Source: Trypanosoma brucei
Lineage: Eukaryota
Reading direction: 5' to 3'
Assembly (NCBI GenBank): GCA_000002445.1
Contig: CH464491.1
Span: 2,464,001 to 2,528,000 of the forward strand
DNA length: 64,000 bases
The notes beneath the pieces were generated by a model. It was given only the letters and a program-made list of their open reading frames with translations. It was not told the DNA's origin and made no database searches. The translations under genes and the position numbers were made by a program. Below are positions 1 through 9,660 of this stretch, in pieces. Every line of letters begins with the position of its first letter. Position 1 is the first letter of the stretch.

Positions 1-288
1 GGAAAAGAGTGAGAAAAAAAAAAGGCAAGCAAACAAACAGAAGGGAAGTGTCATGGTTTTGTGCAGGAGTGGTGGTGGTAGGGCGTTATTTGCTTTTCGT
101 TTTTTTTGTTTTGTTTGTGCATTGAGTGAAAGGAACTGTGTGTACGTATTTCTTTTTATGTATGTGATTGTCGGTTTCCTGCCTGTGCGTGGCCGTGTCT
201 TCTCGCGTAGCCTTCAAGTTGTCGCTTTGCCCCTTAGTTATCCACATTCTTTTTTCTTTTTGTCAAGGCTCATATCTTAAATGTTAAG

Positions 289-372
289 GTGTGCTTTCCT
301 TCTTTTTTTTTTTTCTCCCCGTTTGTTGTCACCCCCTTCCATCAGTCACACACCCCCTTCCTCCGCCAGGGA
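289..372 (+). promoter_or_regulatory. Polypyrimidine tract ending in AG, candidate trans-splice acceptor region for the downstream Vps15-like gene
   Basis: Seen in sequence: long T/C-rich run (ttcctt ctttttttttttctcccc...ccttcctccgccag) about 500 nt upstream of the ATG at 909. Established knowledge: trypanosomatid mRNAs are processed at an AG downstream of a polypyrimidine tract. Confidence 0.3.
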
Positions 373-732
373 GAAAAAAAAAGGAGGGGAATAATGTTTT
401 TTTTTCGCTCTTGTTGTTTGATATGTTTTTTTGATAAACTTTTTGCAGCACTTTTTCTCGATATTTCTCGCGGCTTGGAGAACCTGTTAGTAAGTTAAGT
501 GAGGAAAGGCGAAAAGAGCAACGAAAGGTGTATGAATTAGACGAAGATGAAAGGGCATACATCCGTAAAAAAAACCGAAAGTTTGAAGGTTCATGAAGTT
601 AACAACAAAAGCTGCGGTTTTAATACCCCCTGTGGTGCCGCTGGCCGGTAACAAACACTGCTTTTGTAAAAGGTGGCACCTGTTTCTTACTTCCACAGGT
701 CAAAGCTTTTTTTTTCTTCAAATCCCTTTTTT

Positions 733-746
733 AAATAAATAAATAA

Positions 747-784
<38 letters not shown>
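733..784. repeat. Composite microsatellite (AAAT)5(AT)16
   Basis: Direct reading. The same composite motif recurs at 24040-24071, 37190-37216 and 62941-62982. Confidence 0.9.
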
Positions 785-788
<4 letters not shown>

Positions 789-908
789 TTTAGTTGCAGG
801 ACGTATCGAGCCCCGTAGGGAAATTGAACCGTCGGGTGAGACACGGTTTAGGAAAAACAATAAATACAGAGGAGAGAGAGAGAGAGGGAGTAAGAGGGTG
901 GAGCAGTT

Positions 909-3900
909 ATGGGAAATCAGCTCGCAGCAGCCACCGTCGTAAATGTCTCCGATGTGACGTCATCACTAGAACTTATCGCTCCACTAAGTTGTATGCACCG
1001 CAACTACTTTCGTTCCTTCCGCTGCTCCAAGGAAGCGAGTGCAGCTGTACCCTCCGATACCCTTCGCTCACTTTACTCATTTTCTCGTGGTGACAATCGG
1101 GACCAATCCGCCCTGCACCATCGTCCGTCCAACCGCGGTGGGAGCACGGAAGTTGTTTTGAAGGTTTTCGTTCGCACACTTTATAATGAAGAGGAGCAGA
1201 AAGTTGTAGAATTTTGCTATAATCATTTGTTGAGTATTGAAAGACGAATGGCGGGAGCGAAGCCAGCTAACATGCAAAATACGGGGTCGTGTGAAACCGC
1301 AGCCAGTAACGGTTCTTCCCATGATAGCAGCAACTGCGGGGTTGCGACAACCCCGCCCCCGTGCAATGTGCTTTTCTATTCGTGTATGGAAATACAAAAT
1401 GATAGGTTTTGCATGCTTCAGCGGCCCTACGTTGCTTTTTCACTCGCTGAGCGCCTTGCCACACGACCATATTGGAGCACCGCAAACCGTCTCTTCGCCA
1501 CCTACCAGTTGTTGCAGGGTACAGTTCAGCTGCACGAAGTATGGGGAACCGTTCATGGAGACCTCAAGGTTGACAACATTCTGGTCAACACCTCTGGCTG
1601 GCTTTACATTACAGATATTTGTCCCTTTAACCCCGCACTGCTCCCAGCGAACAATCCAGCACTCTTCAACTATTTCTACGATACAAACGAGTCCCATATT
1701 TGCTCATTGGCACCAGAGAAATTCGTGGATCATCCAACCAACGTTAACACATCGAACCTCAACGCGACTGTTCACACACCTGGTATGGATATTTTCTCGT
1801 TGGCGTGTGTCGTGGTGTATATATTCACCGAGGAACCCCTCTTTCGCCTGTCAGAGGTACTCGAACTGCGCTCTCTGCAAACACAACGAGAACGTGAAGA
1901 AATGATAAACAGTATTCTGCAGGAGCGGGGTCTTGCACCTAACCTTTGCCGCATGCTTTCGGATATGTTGTGCACCAATCCAAATTCTCGCCCAACGTCA
2001 CGGCAGCTTCTTGAGAGGTACACCCCAACTGTGTTTCCTCCTTATTTTGAATACCTCTACCGTGACATACTACCGGCTCTGCTGCCGCGACCACCAGAAC
2101 ATCAGGTACAACTGCTGTGGTCTCGGCTGGATGACATTTTTGCTGAAGTGGAGTGCCGTGGCAGTTTCAATAGCGGTGGTGGTAGTGGCCACAACGGTGA
2201 AGCTGATGACGGTGAATTTCCTCCACTGGTGCCGTCAAGTGACGCCAAAAAGGTTACTGTGCTAGTGCTTATTCCAATAATTCTTAATGCAGGTCTACAC
2301 CTCATGGCGTCAGAAACATGTTGTCGTGTTGTCTCCATCGTTCAGCGGATACTGCCGCATTGTACGTTGGAAGTTCAAGCGGACGTAATTCTTCCATACA
2401 TGCTGCGTTTTTTGAGGACAGAAACGTTGCCTGTTGTGGCCCGCGTTCTCGCACTTCGTACGCTGTCTACGATCTGTCATAACATTCCCTTCTCCACAGG
2501 CGAGGCAACTGTCTTCGATGACCTTATCCTTCCGTGCGTGGAGGACCTCGTGGCGAAAGCAGACACTCAGAACGTTACACTTTTATTGGAAGTGGCTGCT
2601 CAACTGCCATCGTTATTTTTGATGGCACGGTCTTTTATGGAGCAGCAGCAGGCTCTTGTTACATCAAATGAACGACAAAGCACGTATGGGGAGCAACTGA
2701 ACAGGTTGCTTGAGCGCGGCTGGGATGCTCTGCGGACACTTTACAAGCACAATCATTCGGCTGTTGTCATTGCCGCACTTCAGCGTAGTGTGGACGTGGT
2801 AAAGTTTCTGGGTGAAGAGAGGACACAGCATGATTTTATTCCGTTCCTCACTACAGCTATTGCCTCCACCATTGATGTCCAAAGGGAATTATATCCACAG
2901 GCTATATTGTGTCATACAAACCTACAACGACCTCCACTAAAGACGCTGCGTTTTTTTGTGGAGGAAGCGTTGAGACGGACTGATGCGATTATTCTTCGGC
3001 GTGCTATCGAAAGTGTATCTGTCGTGGCTTCGAGCAAATTAGTTGATGTGAGTGATGTCATGTCACTTGCGGAATGCGTGCTTCCTCATATATTGGACAA
3101 AGATAAGTGGGTGAGCCTTGCTGCGCGTCAGCTAGTGGAGGTGGTCGCTCAAACTTACCGCATGAGTGACGTGTGCACGAGACTGCCAAGCACCCTGATA
3201 CCGTTATTACGATATAAGGTACCCTTTTCAACTCTTACATCTCTTCCAGAGGAACTGGTGAATGAAATATCACAACGACCATCTTTTTCCTTGAGGCATC
3301 GGGACGAGCGACCGACGGTTCGGGTTGTCGGCGGCGATTCGAAACTGTCTCGGCGTTTCATGAACGGTTCACGCAGTAGCGACAATAGCATCACTGAAAG
3401 GAATGTGATCAACGGTGGTGCGGGTGGTTTTGTCCAGTGTCAGTCAAATTATATCCTACAACATGGGACAACGAAACGTTTCCCGCCAAACTTTCCCTTA
3501 CGTGCGGCGTTTTTTGATGTAACGTTTGACCCTAGTGTGAGGGCCGGCACCCCTTCGGCACTGGACGCAGCCGCAGTTCACGACAGCAGTGACGCCACGG
3601 CAGCCTACGCGTGGGGGTTGACTTTCAAACCAACTCATCGTGAGAAAAAGCGGCTTTTACTTCGTCAGCAAACGTACACGAATCGTGTTGACAGTAACGG
3701 TGATATCGTTGGCGGCGCACTCTTTACTTCCACTACTGAGAGCACAACTGGAAGAAGACCGTGGTTACTAGGTCCTCCGACTGGATCCCTGAGTGTCCAA
3801 CCGTCCCCTGCTTTGTACCCCGGTGTGACTTGGGCTGATAAGGAACTAAAACCTATCGCTGCTCCGTACTTCACGCGACGGGCCCATAGTGGCGCCATCT

Positions 3901-5021
3901 ATAGTTCCGCCACAGTAGGGAGTGGAACACTGGTGACCGCGGGTGGAAAAGGTGAGGCGTTGCTCTGGTCTGTTACTGCTACGGGCGTAAACCTCTCCTC
4001 ACGCCTTAATGTTGGTGACGCCTCTAGCAAAAATACGTTTCTTTTCGTACACTTTGCTCGAGGCGGTGTTAGCCCGTTGTTGTGCATCGGAGGCACAGAC
4101 GGCACGTGGCAGCTCTGTGACATAGCGAGCAATAAAGTCGTGCAAGAGCGCAAACTTGACGGCAGCCCTTTGACAGCAGCATGCGCACTTAGCGAAGACG
4201 TGATGCTCGTATCAAGTGCACTGGGAGGACTGTTTGCTATGGACTATAGAGCGGGTCGAGAGGTGTGGAAGAGTGGCAGCATATTACCGGTGGAGTTCGG
4301 TACAATAAGCGGAGTGTACCCACTTTGCAGTGAGTGCCGAGCCTACGGCGCCGCGGTTACGACCATGGGGGGAGGTGTTGCCTTGTTCGACCTCCGCTTT
4401 GAGTTGCTTCTGCAAAAACACTGGTTACACGGTGCACCTATACAAGGTAGTCGTTCGATTGATAATCCCTATGCTATTTTGTGTGTCAGCCCCGATGCCG
4501 CCTGTAAGCCCGTACATCAATTAAATGAACACCCTGGGCTTTTGCTGGGAACTCGCTCAGGAATGGTCTATCACATGGATCTTATATCCGGTAGGTCGTG
4601 TGTGAGCCTCCGCCCTGCCACGCCCAACAATCCAACACGAGCTATGCTCCTTCAGCCGAGACACCGTCTCCTTTTCACTGCTGGAGATGATATGCAGATT
4701 CGAAGGTGGTGCCTTTCCAACTCCGCGCTGTCGTCGACTGTTGTCTTCCCCCCATACAACTCGTATGCGTATGCAAGAAGGACTAGCGGGTCTACAATGG
4801 AAGTTAGGCCATCATCGAAGTCTTCTAACGGACAGTTAGCTCCAACTGCTGCTGGCGCAACCACTGCGGTTAGCGCACCGCTGGTCCGACCTGTTGTACC
4901 CCAACATCATAGTGACGCTATTCTTACACTCTGTGGAGTCAGTGTGAGTGGTGGGGACGAGACCTACTTGGTGTCGGGATCCCGGGACGGGCAGTTGACA
5001 CTGTGGTTCAACGCTGAGTAA
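909..5021 (+). CDS. Vps15-like protein kinase (PI3-kinase regulatory subunit p150) with a C-terminal WD40 region
   Basis: ATG at 909, 1370 aa. Kinase catalytic loop HGDLKVDNILV and ITDI in the position of DFG. Long helical HEAT-like middle region. C-terminal WD-like strands (LVSGSRDGQLTLWF). N-terminus MGNQLA fits an N-myristoylation consensus, as in yeast Vps15. Confidence 0.8.
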   Translation: MGNQLAAATVVNVSDVTSSLELIAPLSCMHRNYFRSFRCSKEASAAVPSDTLRSLYSFSRGDNRDQSALHHRPSNRGGSTEVVLKVFVRTLYNEEEQKVVEFCYNHLLSIERRMAGAKPANMQNTGSCETAASNGSSHDSSNCGVATTPPPCNVLFYSCMEIQNDRFCMLQRPYVAFSLAERLATRPYWSTANRLFATYQLLQGTVQLHEVWGTVHGDLKVDNILVNTSGWLYITDICPFNPALLPANNPALFNYFYDTNESHICSLAPEKFVDHPTNVNTSNLNATVHTPGMDIFSLACVVVYIFTEEPLFRLSEVLELRSLQTQREREEMINSILQERGLAPNLCRMLSDMLCTNPNSRPTSRQLLERYTPTVFPPYFEYLYRDILPALLPRPPEHQVQLLWSRLDDIFAEVECRGSFNSGGGSGHNGEADDGEFPPLVPSSDAKKVTVLVLIPIILNAGLHLMASETCCRVVSIVQRILPHCTLEVQADVILPYMLRFLRTETLPVVARVLALRTLSTICHNIPFSTGEATVFDDLILPCVEDLVAKADTQNVTLLLEVAAQLPSLFLMARSFMEQQQALVTSNERQSTYGEQLNRLLERGWDALRTLYKHNHSAVVIAALQRSVDVVKFLGEERTQHDFIPFLTTAIASTIDVQRELYPQAILCHTNLQRPPLKTLRFFVEEALRRTDAIILRRAIESVSVVASSKLVDVSDVMSLAECVLPHILDKDKWVSLAARQLVEVVAQTYRMSDVCTRLPSTLIPLLRYKVPFSTLTSLPEELVNEISQRPSFSLRHRDERPTVRVVGGDSKLSRRFMNGSRSSDNSITERNVINGGAGGFVQCQSNYILQHGTTKRFPPNFPLRAAFFDVTFDPSVRAGTPSALDAAAVHDSSDATAAYAWGLTFKPTHREKKRLLLRQQTYTNRVDSNGDIVGGALFTSTTESTTGRRPWLLGPPTGSLSVQPSPALYPGVTWADKELKPIAAPYFTRRAHSGAIYSSATVGSGTLVTAGGKGEALLWSVTATGVNLSSRLNVGDASSKNTFLFVHFARGGVSPLLCIGGTDGTWQLCDIASNKVVQERKLDGSPLTAACALSEDVMLVSSALGGLFAMDYRAGREVWKSGSILPVEFGTISGVYPLCSECRAYGAAVTTMGGGVALFDLRFELLLQKHWLHGAPIQGSRSIDNPYAILCVSPDAACKPVHQLNEHPGLLLGTRSGMVYHMDLISGRSCVSLRPATPNNPTRAMLLQPRHRLLFTAGDDMQIRRWCLSNSALSSTVVFPPYNSYAYARRTSGSTMEVRPSSKSSNGQLAPTAAGATTAVSAPLVRPVVPQHHSDAILTLCGVSVSGGDETYLVSGSRDGQLTLWFNAE

Positions 5022-5341
5022 CCTCATACTGGAATACGCCAAACAAAAAAAAAGTCAGATACGAGCCTAATGAGATACAATGGAGTTTCCTCTGCCTGGT
5101 TTCGCGACGAGAGAGTTGCGTCTCGTTACACAGCCATTCGGTGGGCGGACAGATAGTTGGTAAGGGGGGGAAAGGTGGAGGGCAAATGATTTTTGCTGGG
5201 CGATACACAAACCTGTGCACACATGTAAGCTTGCGTTTTGAAGGGACCAAATTTGTCTTTGAAAGCAAGCTTCTCAATTTTTTTCTCTTTACGTTGCTGT
5301 TTTTCTTTGTAATCCATTAGACCCCGCCTGCTGCTCGCATT

Positions 5342-7084
5342 ATGGTGAAGTTGAAGGATGTTTCCCGGAAGGGGGACACGCAGTCCCCAACAACCACTGT
5401 CATTGGTAAAAGTTTGGGTGGGCGGCATGAGGATGCACTCGTGCGCGCAGTGGAAAAATACGTCCCCGATGAAATAGCACGGCACCTCAGCAGCTTAACG
5501 GTGTACGCTCAGTTACGAGCCGGGCTCTGTCCTGGAGAATGCAACGGTGGTCACAATAACAATGCTAATGTTGGTGCTATATCCTGTAGCGGCAACTGCA
5601 AAAACGGTAATGCTGCTGTCTCGTGTGACATGCGTAGAAGAAACTGTGGAATAATGAGTGGTTGTAAAAGGGATGTTCATTTGGAGAGTTGTGTTTCCCG
5701 TGTACTTTCATGTCGAGTGTGTCATGTGTTGCGAGGCTACTGTGCGTTTTGGGTAGAATCAATGCTCACCATACGCACTGTTACTTCTGCATCGACAAAT
5801 TTTTCGAGACACAAACGCTTGCGTAGGAGTGATGACGTCGCCGTAGTTGCCGATTGTGTGGTGTCGAGCGGGCTTGATGGTGCGGGTGGAAACCGTCGGT
5901 ACAACGTCAAACTTCTCACACTTCATATTGTCGATAACGAAGCTTACAAGAATCCCGGAAATTATGTCTTTGTACTTCAGTCGGTTTGCCAGCCCGGTCG
6001 TGTGCTGCAACTGGAGTGCTACCCCAACCATATGATTCGATTTGGGCTGCTGATGCACTTCCTTTGGCAGTGTCCCTGTGAAGCTTTCGCTGCGTCACAA
6101 GCGAAAGGTGGCACCGGTAAGGAAAAGGATTTAAGGCGACTTCAAGTCAACTCAGCGTTTTCCTCAACTGATGTTGACATCCTCCCAGTCACTGATTTCA
6201 ATGAGTGCAACAGTTGTGGCATGTCGTTACATCTTTCCACATCACCAGCTGCAAAGGAAGTAGTTGTGGAGACTCAATCCGGAGCTGTGGGCCCCTCTGT
6301 GTTAGTGCTTGGGCTTGGTGCCAACGTAATTGGTAACTGGCTGGATGAGGCCCTCCCACCCAATGTTCGCATTGATGTCGTGGAAGTGGAGCCTACCGTC
6401 CTGCAGATTTGTCGGGATCACAAGCAGGTGCCGCCGTGCGACGAATTGGTGAACGAGGCGAACGAAGGCACAGGAGTGTGGTGCGTAACGCGTGGGCACA
6501 AGCGTTATCCAAATTATCGTTTCATTGTTGGAGATGCAAGGGAGGTCCTGAAGGAGAGTAACGACGATGGTCGATCCGAAGGGCGCAACAAGAAGTGCAT
6601 TAGCCTTTCCTATGATGTTGTGTTTCTCGATTGCTACGATCCCGCAAAGGAATGTATGATGCATGACGCCAATCTTGTCGATTTGTGCAGGGTGCGGCTG
6701 AGGCCAGGTGGTGCGCTCATCGTCAACGCTCATATTATCCCGGAAAAGGAAATGTTGCAGGAGCAATTTCTTGATCGCGGCTTCAGCTCTGTGCAGGTGC
6801 TGCGTGTGTCGTCCTGTAACCAGAGTATTGTGGTGTGTCTGGCCTCTCATAGCGGCTCTGCAGGCAAAACGGCTGAAGAGGTGGATGGTGAAAGACTGTC
6901 GGGTCGCTTTACCGTACTGTCCGCTGGTCGAGCAACAAGGTACATTCATAACATTATTGAAGCGGGCAATAGGGTGTATCTTCACAAACCGAACACTTGT
7001 TATTTTGGAGCAGGTTGGCTAAAATCATCAAAAGTGTTGGAGAATGATACGTGTTTTGTTAAATTATGGACTCATGTCGATTAA
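5342..7084 (+). CDS. Hypothetical protein with a Cys-rich N-terminal half and a C-terminal spermidine-synthase-like class-I SAM methyltransferase fold
   Basis: ATG at 5342, 580 aa. C-terminal motifs VLVLGLGANVIGNWL, DVVEVEPTVL, FIVGDAREVL and YDVVFLDCYDP resemble the PABS (spermidine synthase) G-rich loop, acidic and VGD/FLD motifs. The N-terminal 200 aa contain at least 15 Cys in CxxC/CxC spacing. Confidence 0.5.
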   Translation: MVKLKDVSRKGDTQSPTTTVIGKSLGGRHEDALVRAVEKYVPDEIARHLSSLTVYAQLRAGLCPGECNGGHNNNANVGAISCSGNCKNGNAAVSCDMRRRNCGIMSGCKRDVHLESCVSRVLSCRVCHVLRGYCAFWVESMLTIRTVTSASTNFSRHKRLRRSDDVAVVADCVVSSGLDGAGGNRRYNVKLLTLHIVDNEAYKNPGNYVFVLQSVCQPGRVLQLECYPNHMIRFGLLMHFLWQCPCEAFAASQAKGGTGKEKDLRRLQVNSAFSSTDVDILPVTDFNECNSCGMSLHLSTSPAAKEVVVETQSGAVGPSVLVLGLGANVIGNWLDEALPPNVRIDVVEVEPTVLQICRDHKQVPPCDELVNEANEGTGVWCVTRGHKRYPNYRFIVGDAREVLKESNDDGRSEGRNKKCISLSYDVVFLDCYDPAKECMMHDANLVDLCRVRLRPGGALIVNAHIIPEKEMLQEQFLDRGFSSVQVLRVSSCNQSIVVCLASHSGSAGKTAEEVDGERLSGRFTVLSAGRATRYIHNIIEAGNRVYLHKPNTCYFGAGWLKSSKVLENDTCFVKLWTHVD

Positions 7085-7413
7085 ACTGTTTCCGCTAATA
7101 CAGTTGCCGGGAAGGCAGGGGAGCGGGCACCGATCGTCTCGCTAATCCTCCCGGTTGCAAATTTAAAGTTGGGCTCCTATGTGGCAGCCCACTCGTCCAC
7201 TTGCGCTCTCTCAGCTGAGGCATCCCCTCGTCCGTCTTAAACCCCGTAGCAAACTCCCCTTATTATTATTAAGTTGTTTTGAGTTGATTCTCTCTGTCCC
7301 ATTTATATTCCTACTAATTTGCTTCTTATCGGATCAATCTATCTCGTTACGGATGTGGAGTGCCTCAGTTATTGGCGGGGGGCAGTGATCAAGCAAGAAG
7401 GAAACAATTGGCG

Positions 7414-9114
7414 ATGGATGTTTATCGACAAGCAAGTGAAATTGTGCGGGCTGTGCGTGAAGGAACCGGCACTGCCAAAGCGCTGTGTTTGCGTAAGGAA
7501 ATGCAGAAGAAGCGCCAAACGTACGCTGTTGTGTGCGAGACTCTGCGGCATTATGACCTTCTCCAGGATGTCCTCGAGCAAGCAGAATTCTTTCAATATT
7601 ACCCACGGGCCAATAGAGATTTTGCGATTTGCATGGCTTATGACGCTGTGCTTGGAAAGGGAGTCAACACCAACCGTGATACGACCGCGCAGGCTATTCA
7701 AAAGTCGGTGTCCTATCTTCAGGAGGCATACGAACGTGTGAAGAAGCACCATGTTATTCCCCCACGCGCCGGGGAGCTATTGACAGACGAGGAAGCTGGC
7801 CCCTGTGCACGCACCGGCGATCATAATAATGATGGGGGAAGGGTCAAACACAACGGTGTTGATGGCGGCTCGCTTGGGAAACATTTTGTTTCTGATGGTG
7901 AAGGTGCCGGTGACAACACCCAGGGACTGGGTTGTCTGATTCCGCGTTATGCGCGAGTGAACACGCTGAAGATTGATGTGGACAGCCTGGTGGAACGTCT
8001 TCGCCGTGCCTCCGCGAAACGCGAGCGTAACAATACGGAAAACTGTACAGGAAACGATCATAGTAGGCGCGATCATCGACATCGTGCAGCTGGAATTCGT
8101 GTACTGCCACCCTTTACCTTGGATCCTGTTGTACCGTCACTGCTAGTTTTCCCACCAGGTACCGATCTACACGCCCATCCGGCCGTTCGAAGTGGACAAC
8201 TTGTGCTACAGGACCGTGCATCGTGTCTTCCTGTTTGTGTGCTCCTTAATGCCGTGGAGGTTATCACGTCCTTCTCTGCTTCTGGAGAAGGTGAAGGTGA
8301 TAGCAAACCGGCTGAACCATTGGAATATGTTGTTGACGCCTGTGCGGCTCCTGGGAATAAGACAACTCAGCTGGCAGCCCTGGGTGCGCCTCATGTGAAG
8401 ATAATGGCGATTGAACGTGACGACAAGCGAGCTGAGTTGTTGAGGCATCGCGTGCAGAGCTTGGGGGCCGCTGATTACACAAACGTGGTTAATATGGACT
8501 TTCTGAAGATGGCACAAGACGATCGTGAGGTGACGGAAGGAATTTTGCTGGACCCAAGTTGCAGTGCCAGTGGCGTGCTGACAAGAGTGGATGTGGCCCT
8601 TTTGCGGAAGCAATGCGTTGCTGTGGATGGCAGCGGTATCTACACTAACGATGTTGTTCGTCAAGAAACTGCTGAGGAAGGGGTGAGCGAGACCGCTGTT
8701 GGTGGGGAAGTGGGCACCATAACTGCAGAGGCTCAAGGAGTCGGGTTTGCAAGCAACATGGAGCGCGTGATGGGCCTTGCCCGGCTTCAGCGCAAATTAC
8801 TTGCCCACTCACTTCTTTCCTTTGACAATTGTCGCACGGTTGTGTACTCCACATGCTCAGTGCATGAGGCAGAAAACGAGGAGGTAGTGCGGCAGGTTCT
8901 ACAGGACGAGCGGGTACAGGCTCGTGGGTGGGCACTTAGCAACATCATGCCGACGACGTGGCGGACGCGTGGGTGGAGGAACGACAGTGATACGTTTCCA
9001 CTTGAGTACACCATTCGGTGTGACCCCGAAGTGGACGCAACCAATGGTTTTTTTGTCGCTCGTTTCGACCGTGTTGTGGCGACGCCGCAGAAGAGGTCGA
9101 AGAAGAAGCGGTGA
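7414..9114 (+). CDS. NOL1/NOP2/Sun-family RNA (cytosine-5)-methyltransferase, NSUN5/Rcm1-like
   Basis: Track start 7360 is GTG; the first ATG is at 7414 (MDVYRQ...). SAM-binding VVDACAAPGNKTTQLAA. Motif IV DPSCSASG (catalytic Cys). Motif VI TCSVHEAENE (TC Cys). The N-terminal region aligns with the NSUN5 N-terminus (YAVVCETLR). Confidence 0.8.
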   Translation: MDVYRQASEIVRAVREGTGTAKALCLRKEMQKKRQTYAVVCETLRHYDLLQDVLEQAEFFQYYPRANRDFAICMAYDAVLGKGVNTNRDTTAQAIQKSVSYLQEAYERVKKHHVIPPRAGELLTDEEAGPCARTGDHNNDGGRVKHNGVDGGSLGKHFVSDGEGAGDNTQGLGCLIPRYARVNTLKIDVDSLVERLRRASAKRERNNTENCTGNDHSRRDHRHRAAGIRVLPPFTLDPVVPSLLVFPPGTDLHAHPAVRSGQLVLQDRASCLPVCVLLNAVEVITSFSASGEGEGDSKPAEPLEYVVDACAAPGNKTTQLAALGAPHVKIMAIERDDKRAELLRHRVQSLGAADYTNVVNMDFLKMAQDDREVTEGILLDPSCSASGVLTRVDVALLRKQCVAVDGSGIYTNDVVRQETAEEGVSETAVGGEVGTITAEAQGVGFASNMERVMGLARLQRKLLAHSLLSFDNCRTVVYSTCSVHEAENEEVVRQVLQDERVQARGWALSNIMPTTWRTRGWRNDSDTFPLEYTIRCDPEVDATNGFFVARFDRVVATPQKRSKKKR

Positions 9115-9660
9115 GGTCCATAAAAACGTTAACTAGCGATTAAACACACCGCTGAAAGGGCAAATGAACAGGTGTTTTATTTTATTTTTATTTTTTCCCC
9201 TCCCCTCACTCTACAGGCAGTACGTGCGTCCCCCTTGCCTGCATACTGCCGTGCTATCACCACTTCAAGTTAGGGTACCATGGACATACAAACGTTCTTT
9301 TTCATCTATGTGTCCTGTTCTCTTCATCGTTCTTTTGCAAATCTGCATCACGATTCAACCCGTGCACTTGCTTTTGGGGGGCGAACCGACGCATTTATTT
9401 TTTTTCAACGTTTTACCGCTATCGGAAGAAATTGATTGACACGAGAAGACGAGAGAAGACAGGTACGCAGGAGGGAAAGTTTCTCTGCCACAAGCGTAAC
9501 AACAACAAGGGGTATCGCTTTGCACGGAGATTAAGGCACCGAAGTTAAGAAAGAAGAGGGAAGGCACGTATTTATATTTACTGTGTTGCGGAGAAGGGAT
9601 ACCCTCAAAAAGTAATATAAATTGAAGAGATAATTTTTTGAAAAAAAAAAAAAGGACCCA

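Noticed and set aside
7360-7413. ORF-track starts at GTG/TTG/CTG codons (for example 7360, 14687, 26905, 40090, 43228, 44136, 51001, 61824, 63978), each shown with M as the first residue
   Set aside because: The window is eukaryotic and trypanosomatid-like, so genes should start at ATG. I trimmed these starts to the first plausible in-frame ATG downstream of a polypyrimidine tract. The 63978 case is really an internal codon of a gene that continues past the window end.
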